From a virus (Duplodnaviria > Caudoviricetes), in the IMG/VR virus record IMGVR_UViG_3300032225_001776, positions 1 through 42,879 of that record: 42,879 nucleotides of DNA. One strand, written 5' to 3'. Below are positions 1-9,800 of the stretch, piece by piece. Both the position numbers and the translations under genes were made by a program. Position 1 is the stretch's first letter; each line of letters starts with the position of its first letter. The notes under the pieces were generated by a model. That model had not been told where the DNA came from, did no database searches, and was given only the letters and a program-made list of their open reading frames with translations.

Positions 1-31
1 ATACCATATTTACCGTCGGTATGTTAGGCTA

Positions 32-472
32 TTATTTCTTGCCGCCTTGGTGATAAATCATGTCTTCATTGATGACTCTAAATGTAAGCCCGTTGCGTTT
101 GGCCCATTTGGTAGCGGCATCCCATTTGGCATAGTTCACGGCCACAATAGCACGATCACGATCACTTGCTCGACTTTCAAGTAGGCTTTGTTTTTTGGGT
201 TTGATTTCAATCAATTCAGCAATGGTGGTATTGTTGCGTCCACGATAGGTCACTAGAAAATCTGGAACATAAACACTTTGTTTACCTGTCAGCGGATTAC
301 GGTACGGTATTCGAACGCTTTCACTGGCCCATTGTAGCACATTGTCGTTTGAATCCAGGAACATCATAAAGGTAAGTTCCCAACCAGATCTATACTTAGG
401 AGTTCCTTTGCCAACATACTTGGCAACGTTTTTTACTGTGTATGGGCCTTGACGGAAGTTGGGCATGATCAA
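32..472 (-). CDS. gp4: Head completion nuclease (T4 gp4-like, TnsA-type PD-(D/E)xK fold)
   Basis: Motifs YRSGWE, WASES, YVPDF, IEIKP and KWDAA..W...GLTFRVINE are typical of T4 gp4 homologues; structural gene context. Confidence 0.85.
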   Translation of the reverse strand: MIMPNFRQGPYTVKNVAKYVGKGTPKYRSGWELTFMMFLDSNDNVLQWASESVRIPYRNPLTGKQSVYVPDFLVTYRGRNNTTIAELIEIKPKKQSLLESRASDRDRAIVAVNYAKWDAATKWAKRNGLTFRVINEDMIYHQGGKK

Positions 473-834
473 GCCCTAACGTTTCTTGCTGTGTAAAAGT
501 TAGGCGTAGAAGGTGACAAGACACCCAATAAGGTAGCAGGACTACGGATAGTATTAAGGTAGTAGGCCATCAGTATGGTCACTTGAGGTTCGCTGGATCC
601 ACCTTGTTGAAATGTCTGTAATAAATCTAGCACATTGACGTTGCTGAATTCTGCTACTCTAAACAAACTACTGGTCATGTTTTGTGCAGCAGCATCAGTG
701 AGAAACACACTCCTGAAATAACTCAATACCGCATCAAATTCAGCAGCAGGTATGTTTGCATCATAATTGTAAAACTGATCAAAGATTCTAACAGTTTGAT
801 CAATTGAGTAGTTCGTACTATTAACTGTGGTCAT
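469..834 (-). CDS. Hypothetical protein, probably virion structural
   Basis: 121-aa ORF translationally coupled (ATGA overlap) to gp4 in the tail operon; no recognisable motif. Confidence 0.6.
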   Translation of the reverse strand: MTTVNSTNYSIDQTVRIFDQFYNYDANIPAAEFDAVLSYFRSVFLTDAAAQNMTSSLFRVAEFSNVNVLDLLQTFQQGGSSEPQVTILMAYYLNTIRSPATLLGVLSPSTPNFYTARNVRA

Positions 835-836
835 TG

Positions 837-2051
837 TTAACCGCCTCCTGAGAGACTAGGATTGAAATTAGGTGATCTAGTTGACACTGGTGGTGTAGGA
901 AAGAATATGCCACCACTACCATTGGTCACCGGTTGTGTAGGTATACCCAGAGGTGAATTCAATGGACTTGAACTTGCTCCTCGAATTATTCCTGGCAAAG
1001 CACCACGGATAGTGCTGTTAATAGCTTGATTAACTTCAGCATTGACCACACTCTTAAGATTGACATTTTTAAATGTGTTGTAGGCTGTTGCGGCTTTTTG
1101 TGTTGCACCTATCAGGCCACCAACACCACCACTTTGCAAATCTTCAATGATACCAATACCAGCATCAAGTAATCCACCCTGACCCAGCACAGTCTGTGTG
1201 CTGCCAGGCCTAGCCAACGAGCTTGGAACAGTATCGTAGTATGCAGGATCTGCAAATCCTACCACATTGGTATCAGGTCTGGCCTTGCCGATAGCACCAG
1301 TGTAGTATTTGACTGTTTCGTATCTGACTGTCATTCTGTGATTCATAGTGCCAGAATTTTGACTGTAGTCATAGGTGTCATGAGTCCAATCAGTGATCAT
1401 AGGATTGATCAAAATGTATTCGGCAAACTTGCGTTGATTCATTCCGTAGATGCGAATATCTCTAAAGAACGGAGGTTTGGTATTGCCGGCACCACTGAGC
1501 GGAACGCCACTGCTGTAACTCTCACCGATATAACCCCAATCATTGACCACCTGACTTGGATTATAAATGTCTCGAGCATTGTAGTTAAAACCAGATGGTG
1601 TGCCGATCACAGCGGCCATTTGACCGTTTTGATTGGTTACATTGTCGTATGCTTGACTTGGGTCTTTGTAGTAGTATTGAAAATAATTATACCACATGTT
1701 GCGAATCAAGTCGCTTCCGTCGTCATGAAATTCAAACACACAAGGATTGTATTCAATTTTGGTTTGTGCTAGTCGCTTACGATTGTATTGATTGAGTGTG
1801 TCAACACTCATTTGATAACTAGGCAACTGTGCGGTCTTGACCATGAGACCAATTGTTGCTGTGTCAGCATTTGGAAAAGCAGCTTGTAAAGCAGGTACCG
1901 CTCGATTTATAGTAAAGTAAACGTGGAATAAAAACTTCTGGCGAGGAGCATTTTCATATCCGTTTTGCAGGAATGTCCGGGCAGCATGGGAATAATCTTT
2001 TAACCCATTAAACCCGACAAACCCTTTAAGGAAGTCCTGACCCCAGGCCAT
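837..2051 (-). CDS. Tail-tube-like baseplate/tube initiator protein (gp54/gp48-like)
   Basis: Tube-fold signature VKTAQLPS...NQYNRK...IEYNP..F.FHDD and ..NPMIT.W.HD..DY...MT.RYE; lies directly downstream of the tail tube gene. Confidence 0.6.
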   Translation of the reverse strand: MAWGQDFLKGFVGFNGLKDYSHAARTFLQNGYENAPRQKFLFHVYFTINRAVPALQAAFPNADTATIGLMVKTAQLPSYQMSVDTLNQYNRKRLAQTKIEYNPCVFEFHDDGSDLIRNMWYNYFQYYYKDPSQAYDNVTNQNGQMAAVIGTPSGFNYNARDIYNPSQVVNDWGYIGESYSSGVPLSGAGNTKPPFFRDIRIYGMNQRKFAEYILINPMITDWTHDTYDYSQNSGTMNHRMTVRYETVKYYTGAIGKARPDTNVVGFADPAYYDTVPSSLARPGSTQTVLGQGGLLDAGIGIIEDLQSGGVGGLIGATQKAATAYNTFKNVNLKSVVNAEVNQAINSTIRGALPGIIRGASSSPLNSPLGIPTQPVTNGSGGIFFPTPPVSTRSPNFNPSLSGGG

Positions 2052-2057
2052 AGTCGA

Positions 2058-2681
2058 TTAGAGGCCTACGCCAGATGCCACGTCGCCGACTGTGCGTCCA
2101 ATCAATGTACCAACACCTTCTCCGGCCACTTGGTTTGCATTATCAAAGGTAATGTTCATTGTGATAGTGGCTGCTTCACTGGTTCCATAGTTCAAGTCGT
2201 TGTAGTTGACTGACTTGAGATAGCAACCATAAAGTTCCCATGTTTCTAATGCAACAGGAGCCGCAGTTCCGTTACCACCATCTAACACTTCAAACACTGT
2301 TAAGAACTTGTAGTCGATACCAGAAGCGGCACTGGCCATTTCCATAAAGTCCAATTGTTTCTGTAGCTGTTCACCCACTAGCCTAGATACTGCACCACTG
2401 GCATCATCACGTATGTTACATGTAGCGTCGGCCCATGTGTATTTTCCAGCTAGTTTGACCGTGCTGTTGTATATAGGAAGTGCAATTTCTGCAAACTCAA
2501 CACTGGGTCTGGTAAAATCCATAACTTGTTTAGTTAACTCAGTAACAGGTTGACTTACTCCAAAATTCTGAAAAGTAACGCGAAAGCGATACTTGAGTTT
2601 TGGCATTAACAAGCCTTGACTTGGAGTGCTTTGGTTACTGGCCAAAGGCACAGTCATTCTACTTAATGATGAAACAGCCAT
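2058..2681 (-). CDS. gp19: Tail tube protein (gp19-like)
   Basis: Motifs KYRFRV.F, RPSV.F.E, KLAGK.TW, ETWELYGC...VNY.DL.Y and I.FDNA; follows the sheath gene; AGGAG RBS and own late promoter. Confidence 0.85.
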   Translation of the reverse strand: MAVSSLSRMTVPLASNQSTPSQGLLMPKLKYRFRVTFQNFGVSQPVTELTKQVMDFTRPSVEFAEIALPIYNSTVKLAGKYTWADATCNIRDDASGAVSRLVGEQLQKQLDFMEMASAASGIDYKFLTVFEVLDGGNGTAAPVALETWELYGCYLKSVNYNDLNYGTSEAATITMNITFDNANQVAGEGVGTLIGRTVGDVASGVGL

Positions 2682-2702
2682 GGTATTATCTCCTATATAC
2701 TT

Positions 2703-2708
2703 TATTTA
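2703..2708 (-). promoter_or_regulatory. Late promoter core TAAATA (tail tube)
   Basis: CATAAATA upstream of the AGGAG RBS. The same core recurs intergenically at 7-12, 8587-92, 15347-52, 19422-27, 23976-81, 24092-97, 25366-71, 26719-24, 27839-44, 29912-17, 33851-56, 34154-59, 36006-11 and 40588-93 (minus strand), and at 6261-66, 10094-99 and 27883-88 (plus strand). Confidence 0.75.
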
Positions 2709-2728
2709 TGGTCGTATGTGCCATGGTG

Positions 2729-5700
2729 TTAACCGGCAGTAGCCACTGTGCTAACGCTGGAAGCAATTGATCCAGTGTTCTGAATACGCAACGGAATGTA
2801 GATAAATTCAACTGATTTAACTGGTTCGATCGCAATATCCACATACAATTCGTTGGCATCAATTGTGGCTGGCGAGTTGTTGCTTAAATCACAAACCACC
2901 AAGTAATCATAGATTCCACGTTTTGCCACCAAATCAAGCATTAAACTGGTGCATGAGTTTGTAATTTGATTGCGTGTAATTTGGTCATTGGGTTCAAACA
3001 AGTATTGATTACCAATTTCTTGTAAGCGTCCACGTATAAATGCAACCAAACGTGCCACGTTGATGCGATCCAATGCACTTGCAACGTTGGTAGCTGTCTT
3101 ATTACCAAAGTTGGTGATACCAATGCCGGGAACAAATGTAATTGGGTTGATATCCAACTGATACAATACATCTCTCAGGGTTTGGCTTACACCAATGGTC
3201 GTAAATTCGCCAGTTTGGCCATTTACATAACCCAACAAGGCTGCATTGTCGATAACACCGCGCAGGGTTCCGGCTGGTGCCAACCAAGGATATGCAATCT
3301 CGTCACTGCGAATAATGGTACGAATCATCATGTGGCTTGGTGGTTGTACCACTGGGCTACCTGACAGGTCGGTGGTTTGGCAACTTGGATAGAACACACC
3401 AAGATATGGATCAAAAGATGCTTGTCCATCGTTTGTAGTCAATCCAGCACCATCGTTATTGGAGTGCCAGGTTGTAAGCGAAGTGCTGTCTGGGCCTAAA
3501 CGCAACGGAGTATCACCAATTACAAACGCTGTGTTCTTACGATCATTATTGAGTTCAACCATGTTAGGCATCAATTCTGGATACTGTGGGCAAGCAATCA
3601 AGTTATACTGACGCTGTTCTTCACGTGCTTGAACACTAGAGTCTATTCCACTCTTGAGTGCTGAAACAATAATAGCACGTTGAGCCTGGCGACCCATGTA
3701 TGGCGAACCGTCATTCCTGTTGCCGCTGGCAGTGACCCAAGTATTAACTCCGCCATTGGCTGCATCTAGTGCGGACCAATATGCAGTATTAGTTGGAGCA
3801 TATCCTGCGCCAGGAGGTGTATCTAAGCAAACATAAATTGTGCCATTATAGTTAACAAAATCGTTATACATATATGTTGTAGTGCTGCTGTATACAGGAA
3901 CATAAAAACTAGAAGTATTAAAATAATCGCCCTGGAATTCTTTTACGTTAAATCCGCTACGACGTGTATTCCACAACAATGTTCCTTGTGGATACAGTGT
4001 AGGATCTGGCGCATCCAAATCCAAATAATCACTGGTTAATAAACTAGTGATTGACGGGAAAGCATCGGTAACTGGATTGGCCAAACCGTTTGGCGACCAA
4101 CGAGCATCTGCAAATATAATACCATTTTGGGTTGTTTGATCAGTATTGTTAATTGTTACCCACTGGTCAACGCCTTCTACATTACTCCAACGATTAATCA
4201 GTGGATAACTTTCTAAGTCACTGGTATCAATCCATAAGTCACCATACACCAATGGACTGGCAGCTGTATTGGTTTGTGTTGTTGGAGCTGTGGTACTGAA
4301 TATAGGACCTGCAGCATTGGTCAATGAGAGGTCATCGCCACGAACGTCGTTGGTTACATTTTGATAACCCATCCACGCACCATCGTTTTGTATCATAATG
4401 TCAGCTTGTGTAGTTGCTGAATAATACCAATAAGTTCCATTGGCTGGATCCTGATCTGGCCCAGTGTTGCTGGCAGTGTAGGTAAATGTAGGAGCAGTTA
4501 CCCAATAGCTTAATACTAGTCTGGAGCCAGAACCAGCTCGGCAAAATTGAGTGGATGTGGTAAATCCAGCAGTAGTCACCGGAGTACCTGTCAAGTTTGT
4601 CAAGGTGATATTTCCACCTGCGCTGTGAGTAAACACAATGGCGCCAGCACTGTTAACCGAGGCACTTACATACGATGCAAATGCAGAGCTACCAACCGCA
4701 GCACTGACTGCTGTTAAGAAGTCAGCTACAGTTGTTCCTGTCAACGTTGCTGTTACTGGACTACCCAAGGCAGCTTGACCCGGAACGGTTGCATTAATAG
4801 TAAATGTGTTTCCAGATGTAAAAGGTCCAGGTGAATCTGTGGAACCTGTTACAACTGTTGCACCTGCAGAGTATTTTTCAAACAGCTGAAGTCCCAATGT
4901 AGCTGGGACATTGAATTCTGGGTTAGTTACAGCTATAGTTGTTCCGGCTACAATATTTTTACCACCACCAGATGGATCTAATGTGTAAGTGGCTTCGTTG
5001 GCATTTGAATATATGTTGCACAGTTGCTGAACATAGGTGCCCAACAAAGTGCTGTATTTTTTAAGTGATAAATTGGCACCAAGGTTTACACTGTTGGTAC
5101 GTTGCCATACAGAACCGGTCGGAGCTGGTTGAGTATCTGTAGTTCTCCAACGTGGTGCTGAATAGTTAGGAGCAGCTAAGAACGCAGGAACATAATAAGT
5201 GCCGGCTGTGATTCCTAGGTCTGCCAATACTGTTCCGGTTCCAGCAGCAATGACAATGTCACCATTACTAGCTGAACTGTTGCCATAAATTTGCAATTTG
5301 CCATCAACGTATGCAGAATATACACCGGCAATTGTAGCCGAATTAATGGCATTACTAACACCAGCCACTGTGTTGTTAGGCGAGGCAGGAACTGTAATTG
5401 TGATGCCTTCAACAGTAAATGTATTGGCCGCAGTCAATGTAGTCGGTGCCAATGTGGCCTGTACGGTAGGCCAAGCTGTTTGCCAATCGCCGCTGCCAAC
5501 TTCGACCCAGGTATTATAATAGTCTGACAGTTCAGTTGCAGATGTTTGGCTTGTTGTTGGACCACCACGCTTGTAGTAGCCCGGATTGTTGATGTTAGTA
5601 GCTGTGATTGCATAGTCGCCAATTGATCCAATGCTTTGCAATGGCACAGTTGAACTGGGTTCAAGTTGTGTGCTGTCTGTTATCACCATTGGAATTTGAT

Positions 5701-6172
5701 TTGTAAATGCCGCAGTAGTTTGATTCCACTGGAACAGTCCCCATAAACTGTTGGTTGTATCTAACCAATAAGTTCCATTAGGAGGAGTGCCAACTGGACG
5801 AATCAAACTGGCTGTCAATGCAGCCAGGTCAACGTCAACACGTTGAATATACGCACGATTTGTAATTCCCAATGCACTATAAGCAGCCAATAGGCCGTAT
5901 TCATTGAGCTCGTAGCCATTGATTGGCGTACCAGCTGTGGTTTTGTAGAAGAATGGAACACCGTATGTTGCAGATAGATCACGTTGGCTAGTAATCAAAT
6001 ATACTCTATTAGCATTAGCTTGTAGCGTGCCTGCGGCAACACCTACGCCTGTGCCAGAAACTTTGTTCTGTGCAGTGGCAAGTAAAATATAAGGAACCGA
6101 GTTGACAGCAGCTGGTATATATTGACTTTGGTCAATGACTGTAACTTGAACGCCTGGTGATAAGAGTGCCAT
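2729..6172 (-). CDS. gp18: Tail sheath protein (gp18-like), enlarged by internal insertions
   Basis: N-terminal LLSPGV.V..ID.S; C-terminal PPSH..., W.APAG..RG, LY...INPI, ALDRINV.RL, FEPND..TR, VVCD.SNN and I.P.KS.EFIY motifs. Confidence 0.93.
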   Translation of the reverse strand: MALLSPGVQVTVIDQSQYIPAAVNSVPYILLATAQNKVSGTGVGVAAGTLQANANRVYLITSQRDLSATYGVPFFYKTTAGTPINGYELNEYGLLAAYSALGITNRAYIQRVDVDLAALTASLIRPVGTPPNGTYWLDTTNSLWGLFQWNQTTAAFTNQIPMVITDSTQLEPSSTVPLQSIGSIGDYAITATNINNPGYYKRGGPTTSQTSATELSDYYNTWVEVGSGDWQTAWPTVQATLAPTTLTAANTFTVEGITITVPASPNNTVAGVSNAINSATIAGVYSAYVDGKLQIYGNSSASNGDIVIAAGTGTVLADLGITAGTYYVPAFLAAPNYSAPRWRTTDTQPAPTGSVWQRTNSVNLGANLSLKKYSTLLGTYVQQLCNIYSNANEATYTLDPSGGGKNIVAGTTIAVTNPEFNVPATLGLQLFEKYSAGATVVTGSTDSPGPFTSGNTFTINATVPGQAALGSPVTATLTGTTVADFLTAVSAAVGSSAFASYVSASVNSAGAIVFTHSAGGNITLTNLTGTPVTTAGFTTSTQFCRAGSGSRLVLSYWVTAPTFTYTASNTGPDQDPANGTYWYYSATTQADIMIQNDGAWMGYQNVTNDVRGDDLSLTNAAGPIFSTTAPTTQTNTAASPLVYGDLWIDTSDLESYPLINRWSNVEGVDQWVTINNTDQTTQNGIIFADARWSPNGLANPVTDAFPSITSLLTSDYLDLDAPDPTLYPQGTLLWNTRRSGFNVKEFQGDYFNTSSFYVPVYSSTTTYMYNDFVNYNGTIYVCLDTPPGAGYAPTNTAYWSALDAANGGVNTWVTASGNRNDGSPYMGRQAQRAIIVSALKSGIDSSVQAREEQRQYNLIACPQYPELMPNMVELNNDRKNTAFVIGDTPLRLGPDSTSLTTWHSNNDGAGLTTNDGQASFDPYLGVFYPSCQTTDLSGSPVVQPPSHMMIRTIIRSDEIAYPWLAPAGTLRGVIDNAALLGYVNGQTGEFTTIGVSQTLRDVLYQLDINPITFVPGIGITNFGNKTATNVASALDRINVARLVAFIRGRLQEIGNQYLFEPNDQITRNQITNSCTSLMLDLVAKRGIYDYLVVCDLSNNSPATIDANELYVDIAIEPVKSVEFIYIPLRIQNTGSIASSVSTVATAG

Positions 6173-6200
6173 AGTGAAAATCCTTTTTTCTAGTTGTTAA

Positions 6201-6208
6201 TATTTATA
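6201..6208 (-). promoter_or_regulatory. T4-type late promoter TATAAATA for the tail sheath gene
   Basis: Exact T4 late consensus upstream of AAGGA and ATG 6172. Confidence 0.8.
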
Positions 6209-6270
6209 TCAAAAGGCAAAAAGAAGAGGTAATTGCGGCCTTTGGCAAAGGTTTTTATGGTAAATACGTC

Positions 6271-6618
6271 ATGATTAGACCCGTTTGTCCAGCCTGTCGA
6301 CAACGACCTTGCGCTATTAATTACTATCGTGACGAAGTTGCACACTATCGAAATCGGTGTGGGCAATGCATTGCCAAACATCGTGGTATTAAACCACCTG
6401 AGCCTAGGTGGAAGACTGCAGGCTATAAGAAAAAACCTGCGTGTGACCGTTGCAGTTTCAGATCAAAATATGCTAGTCAACTACTGGTCTATCATGTAGA
6501 CGGAAACCAACATAATGCTGGGCTACGCAATTTAAAAACCATATGCTTGAATTGTGTAGAAGAAATCAAACGGATGGACCGTCCGTGGACACCTGGTGAG
6601 CTAGAACCAGATCTTTAA
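6271..6618 (+). CDS. HNH-like Zn-finger protein
   Basis: Four CxxC pairs and the HNH-type motif H.DGN..N....NL.T.C.NC; TAAATA 4 nt upstream of the ATG. Confidence 0.7.
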   Translation: MIRPVCPACRQRPCAINYYRDEVAHYRNRCGQCIAKHRGIKPPEPRWKTAGYKKKPACDRCSFRSKYASQLLVYHVDGNQHNAGLRNLKTICLNCVEEIKRMDRPWTPGELEPDL

Positions 6619-7234
6619 TTTGACTATATAAATTATCTAGTCCGTCGGCATTGTTATCAATCACAGCATCAAAATGAGTACCAATCCAAGCAGTTTCACT
6701 AGAGTGAACATTGGCCTGTTCTAATACCCGTTTGCTAGTTGCCCAGGTGATATTACCGTTGGGTCCTCGATTTGCACTCACAGCCGCATCATACCAAGCA
6801 GGTTCTGGACCACGGACAACTCGGATTACAATGCCGCCGGCATTTCTAATACTTTTGATTTCGTTAGGAAAACGACAGTCCGAAATTACCACATCGTCTT
6901 TGGTTTTGCGAAGTTTATTTTCTAAGGATGCAATCCAAATATCATCGTGAAAACTTCTGCGGGCAACTTCGGTGCCCCATACTTGTAGCACATATCTAGG
7001 AGTCAAGTCAGGCATGTTTAGGCGTTCGGCCCACCAAGGATCTACCTGTTCACGCCAGGCTCTAGACTCCTTGGTGCGACCTTCTAGCAGTTCGCGATCC
7101 CATCCAAATACCTGTGCTACTGCATCTTTGAGAGCATGGGCAAAACTTTCTCGACGGAACTGGTGTATGTTTTGTAAGTAGTCTGCAATAGTGTCTTTAC
7201 CACTTCCGATTAGTCCACAAATTCCAATAATCAT
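6566..7234 (-). CDS. gp1: Deoxynucleoside monophosphate kinase (T4 gp1-like)
   Basis: P-loop GLIGSGKDT plus FA..LK, PR.VLQ.WGTE, DCRFPNE and HSSE motifs; start placed at 7234 (ATGA overlap) rather than the track start of 7297. Confidence 0.88.
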   Translation of the reverse strand: MIIGICGLIGSGKDTIADYLQNIHQFRRESFAHALKDAVAQVFGWDRELLEGRTKESRAWREQVDPWWAERLNMPDLTPRYVLQVWGTEVARRSFHDDIWIASLENKLRKTKDDVVISDCRFPNEIKSIRNAGGIVIRVVRGPEPAWYDAAVSANRGPNGNITWATSKRVLEQANVHSSETAWIGTHFDAVIDNNADGLDNLYSQIKDLVLAHQVSTDGPSV

Positions 7235-7752
7235 GCGAGCGCCTTTACATTTAATTGTTTGAGAGTTAGTTGTAGCATGTCGATTTGCCTGCGACAATCT
7301 TCTAATGCATGGTGTGTTGTTGGTGGTTTAGGCAGTTCAGGCCATAAGCTAAACACAGTACGGCTATCACGCACATTGTAGAACTGCCACGGAATAGGCT
7401 TTCCATAACTTTTATAAGCATGTTCTAATATGTTCATGTCATAAGTTGGGCCTTGTGCCCATACTCGTTTGGCATGCCATACCAATTTACCTAGGCTATC
7501 CAAGGCCTGATCTAGATCAACTCTACCACCTTCCATGAAGGCTTCTTCACGAGCGGCCGCTGGTTGGGTTGCCCACCAGTCGATAGTGCCTTGTTGTATG
7601 CTACGGGTTTCTTGACTTTCCAAAGTGACGCGGGCATAATATTGTTGGTTATAATAGCCGGAGCCAAATGGGTCAAATGCCTGTGCGGCAATAGTTAGAA
7701 TAGTAGTATCAGGTCCTGTTCCCAGGCCTTCTAAATCGATCATTAGGTCCAT
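7231..7752 (-). CDS. 3'-5' exonuclease, DEDDh family (DexA / Rv2179c-like)
   Basis: MIDLE, W.QG..YD, RDSRT and HHALEDC motifs. Confidence 0.85.
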   Translation of the reverse strand: MDLMIDLEGLGTGPDTTILTIAAQAFDPFGSGYYNQQYYARVTLESQETRSIQQGTIDWWATQPAAAREEAFMEGGRVDLDQALDSLGKLVWHAKRVWAQGPTYDMNILEHAYKSYGKPIPWQFYNVRDSRTVFSLWPELPKPPTTHHALEDCRRQIDMLQLTLKQLNVKALA

Positions 7753-7758
7753 ACTATG

Positions 7759-7787
7759 ATTATAGCAGGATTTTAGAACTAAGTCTA
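7759..7787 (-). promoter_or_regulatory. sigma70-type promoter for the exonuclease/dNMP kinase genes
   Basis: TAGACT-17-TATAAT with extended -10 TG; ATG 6 nt downstream. Confidence 0.7.
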
Positions 7788-7794
7788 GTGGGCG

Positions 7795-8565
7795 TTAACC
7801 GATTACCCAGGTAAGTGGCTGTGAGCCATCTACATATCTACGTAGATCTTCCAGCAGGGCATCCATTTGGGTTTGTGCCTCGGCTTTCATTGCGGTACCG
7901 TTAAGTGTACCGCCACCTTGTGGCCCGGCTATGGTACCAAATTTTTCACGTGCTTCACCAATGATCATTTTGCAGTTGGCCACCATGTAATCTCGAATCC
8001 ATTGTTGGATTTGGAAATCGCTGAGCAAATTGAATTCAGGTTTTAAATTGTAAGTCCACAACAATACCGCTTCACCGGTGCCTTTGGGGTCTCGAATCAA
8101 TTGTAATTTTTTGGTCACTGGATTATAAGTGTAATTCATGTAGGCACCAAACATACGTCCAGCTAACTCTACATACTGGCTATAGAAATCATAGGTAGCA
8201 AGGCCGCCAGCCACGTTGAAGTTCATTAGATACACATTCATTGACGCTTGACTAAACGGGTCAAAGTTTGATGCAAACGGACCAGTCGAATCACCAAATG
8301 TTCTACGGAAAATTTGTCGCACTGTGATAACTTCTTGCGGCATATCATAGATATTCACATTGGTTACCAGTTCTAAAAAGCTGTAGCTTTCTTCATAGGC
8401 GTTTTGTGCTCTTTGACGATATACACCAATGGTGCGTTGATAAGCTGCTTCGTAGTGTTCAGCATCCAACTCAAGATCGATAATCTGTGCGCCCAATTGT
8501 AATTGGACATAATCAAAAAGATTCTGTTTTAATGTATCTAAACTAGATTGATTTTCTAAGGCCAT
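7795..8565 (-). CDS. gp13: Neck protein (gp13-like head-tail adaptor)
   Basis: LGA..IDLEL, W.RDY..A..K..IGEAR.KF and PQGG.TLNG motifs typical of gp13 homologues. Confidence 0.8.
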   Translation of the reverse strand: MALENQSSLDTLKQNLFDYVQLQLGAQIIDLELDAEHYEAAYQRTIGVYRQRAQNAYEESYSFLELVTNVNIYDMPQEVITVRQIFRRTFGDSTGPFASNFDPFSQASMNVYLMNFNVAGGLATYDFYSQYVELAGRMFGAYMNYTYNPVTKKLQLIRDPKGTGEAVLLWTYNLKPEFNLLSDFQIQQWIRDYMVANCKMIIGEAREKFGTIAGPQGGGTLNGTAMKAEAQTQMDALLEDLRRYVDGSQPLTWVIG

Positions 8566-8598
8566 GTAGGGAAGCTCCGTTCCCTGTATTTAGTAGTT

Positions 8599-9765
8599 TT
8601 ACCAAGCCCAGAGGATGATCAAGTTGTCGTTGCCGCGTCCGTTCCACTTGGTTTCTGTAGCGTTAATCGCGCCAAATGCTTTACGAGCCGCTGGTTTTCC
8701 ACCGCCGGTAACTGCTTTGAGTTGTTCTGCAGGCTTACGTAGGGTTTTTTGCACAGTTTGTTGAACATCAAACGCTACCACAGCCGATCCTTTAACAGTA
8801 AAAGTTCCTACATGACTATCAGCCATAACATGGATCAGTTTGCGTTTGGCTGTGTCATATAGCCAAGCTTCAGAGGCTCCAACCAGCTTGGTAACCGGTT
8901 CAGATTTGAGTTTGAGCTCGGCAAATTCTTTGAGGAACTTAAAGTTACGGGTAAGTTTTTCTGGGCTGACAGCTTTCTTGGCACGTGGCTTGCGTTCTAC
9001 TTTTTTCAGCTGAACGTAGCTGTTACAATCGTTGATCACAGTTTCGCAGAATTTTACACAATTACGAAGTTGTATTTTTGTGAGATGACTATAACCCTCA
9101 ACCAACTGAGCATCTTTGCCTTCTATTACTTCCGTGAATTCTTCCAGTCGCAATACCCAAACTCGTGAAACTGTGCCGATCATGTTAGGGCTAATGTTCA
9201 TGCCACGCATCAGCATCAATGGTTTATAATCTGCTGACATTTTTGCACCAGCATCAACAAAGTCGTCAAACATGGCTTCAAGCTCACCGCAACACTCTGA
9301 AACTTTTTCACGCAGGTGGTCTTGAATTGTAAGTTTTGCTACTGCGGCGTCAGCATCAACTTCGGCTTGTGCTTTTTTGGTTTCTTGCTTTGCTTTGAGC
9401 ATTTCATTGAGTTGCCCATCAATGTTCTCTTGTTCGTGTTCTTTTAATACCAAACCAATCAAAGTCATACGGCACACCCATGCCGGTGTAAGCCGAATTT
9501 GACTGTCTGGAATACCGCGCATCGTTTTGGCGTCTTTTGTTCGACCATTGTGCTCTAGATAATGGCACAACATATCCTTGGCATCTTTTTTACCATAATG
9601 ATAATTATACCAATGGAATGCGTTGGCCAGTGCGCTGACGCGATTTTCATCCAGCGGTTGCGTTTTCCACTCAGGCTCAAACCCTATGTATTTGGTTTCA
9701 GCGCCTTTGGGGTTTAGTCGTTTAATTTCGTTTGTTTTAGCCATACTTGTCGTTGTTTTTACCAT
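8599..9765 (-). CDS. Hypothetical protein (388 aa), probably early
   Basis: Long basic ORF with a near-consensus sigma70 promoter directly upstream; no function recognised. Confidence 0.7.
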   Translation of the reverse strand: MVKTTTSMAKTNEIKRLNPKGAETKYIGFEPEWKTQPLDENRVSALANAFHWYNYHYGKKDAKDMLCHYLEHNGRTKDAKTMRGIPDSQIRLTPAWVCRMTLIGLVLKEHEQENIDGQLNEMLKAKQETKKAQAEVDADAAVAKLTIQDHLREKVSECCGELEAMFDDFVDAGAKMSADYKPLMLMRGMNISPNMIGTVSRVWVLRLEEFTEVIEGKDAQLVEGYSHLTKIQLRNCVKFCETVINDCNSYVQLKKVERKPRAKKAVSPEKLTRNFKFLKEFAELKLKSEPVTKLVGASEAWLYDTAKRKLIHVMADSHVGTFTVKGSAVVAFDVQQTVQKTLRKPAEQLKAVTGGGKPAARKAFGAINATETKWNGRGNDNLIILWAW

Positions 9766-9771
9766 AGTTGT

Positions 9772-9800
9772 ATTGTATGCGAAAAGATACTATTTGTCAA
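9772..9800 (-). promoter_or_regulatory. sigma70-type promoter
   Basis: TTGACA-17-TACAAT; ATG 9765 is 6 nt downstream. Confidence 0.8.

Noticed and set aside
32-472. TnsA transposase / mobile element
   Set aside because: The fold is shared with T4 gp4; the gene sits in the virion operon with no transposon ends or partner genes.
6239-6251. Palindrome CCTTTG-G-CAAAGG between divergent late promoters
   Set aside because: Short, single occurrence with no second copy seen; insufficient to call an operator.
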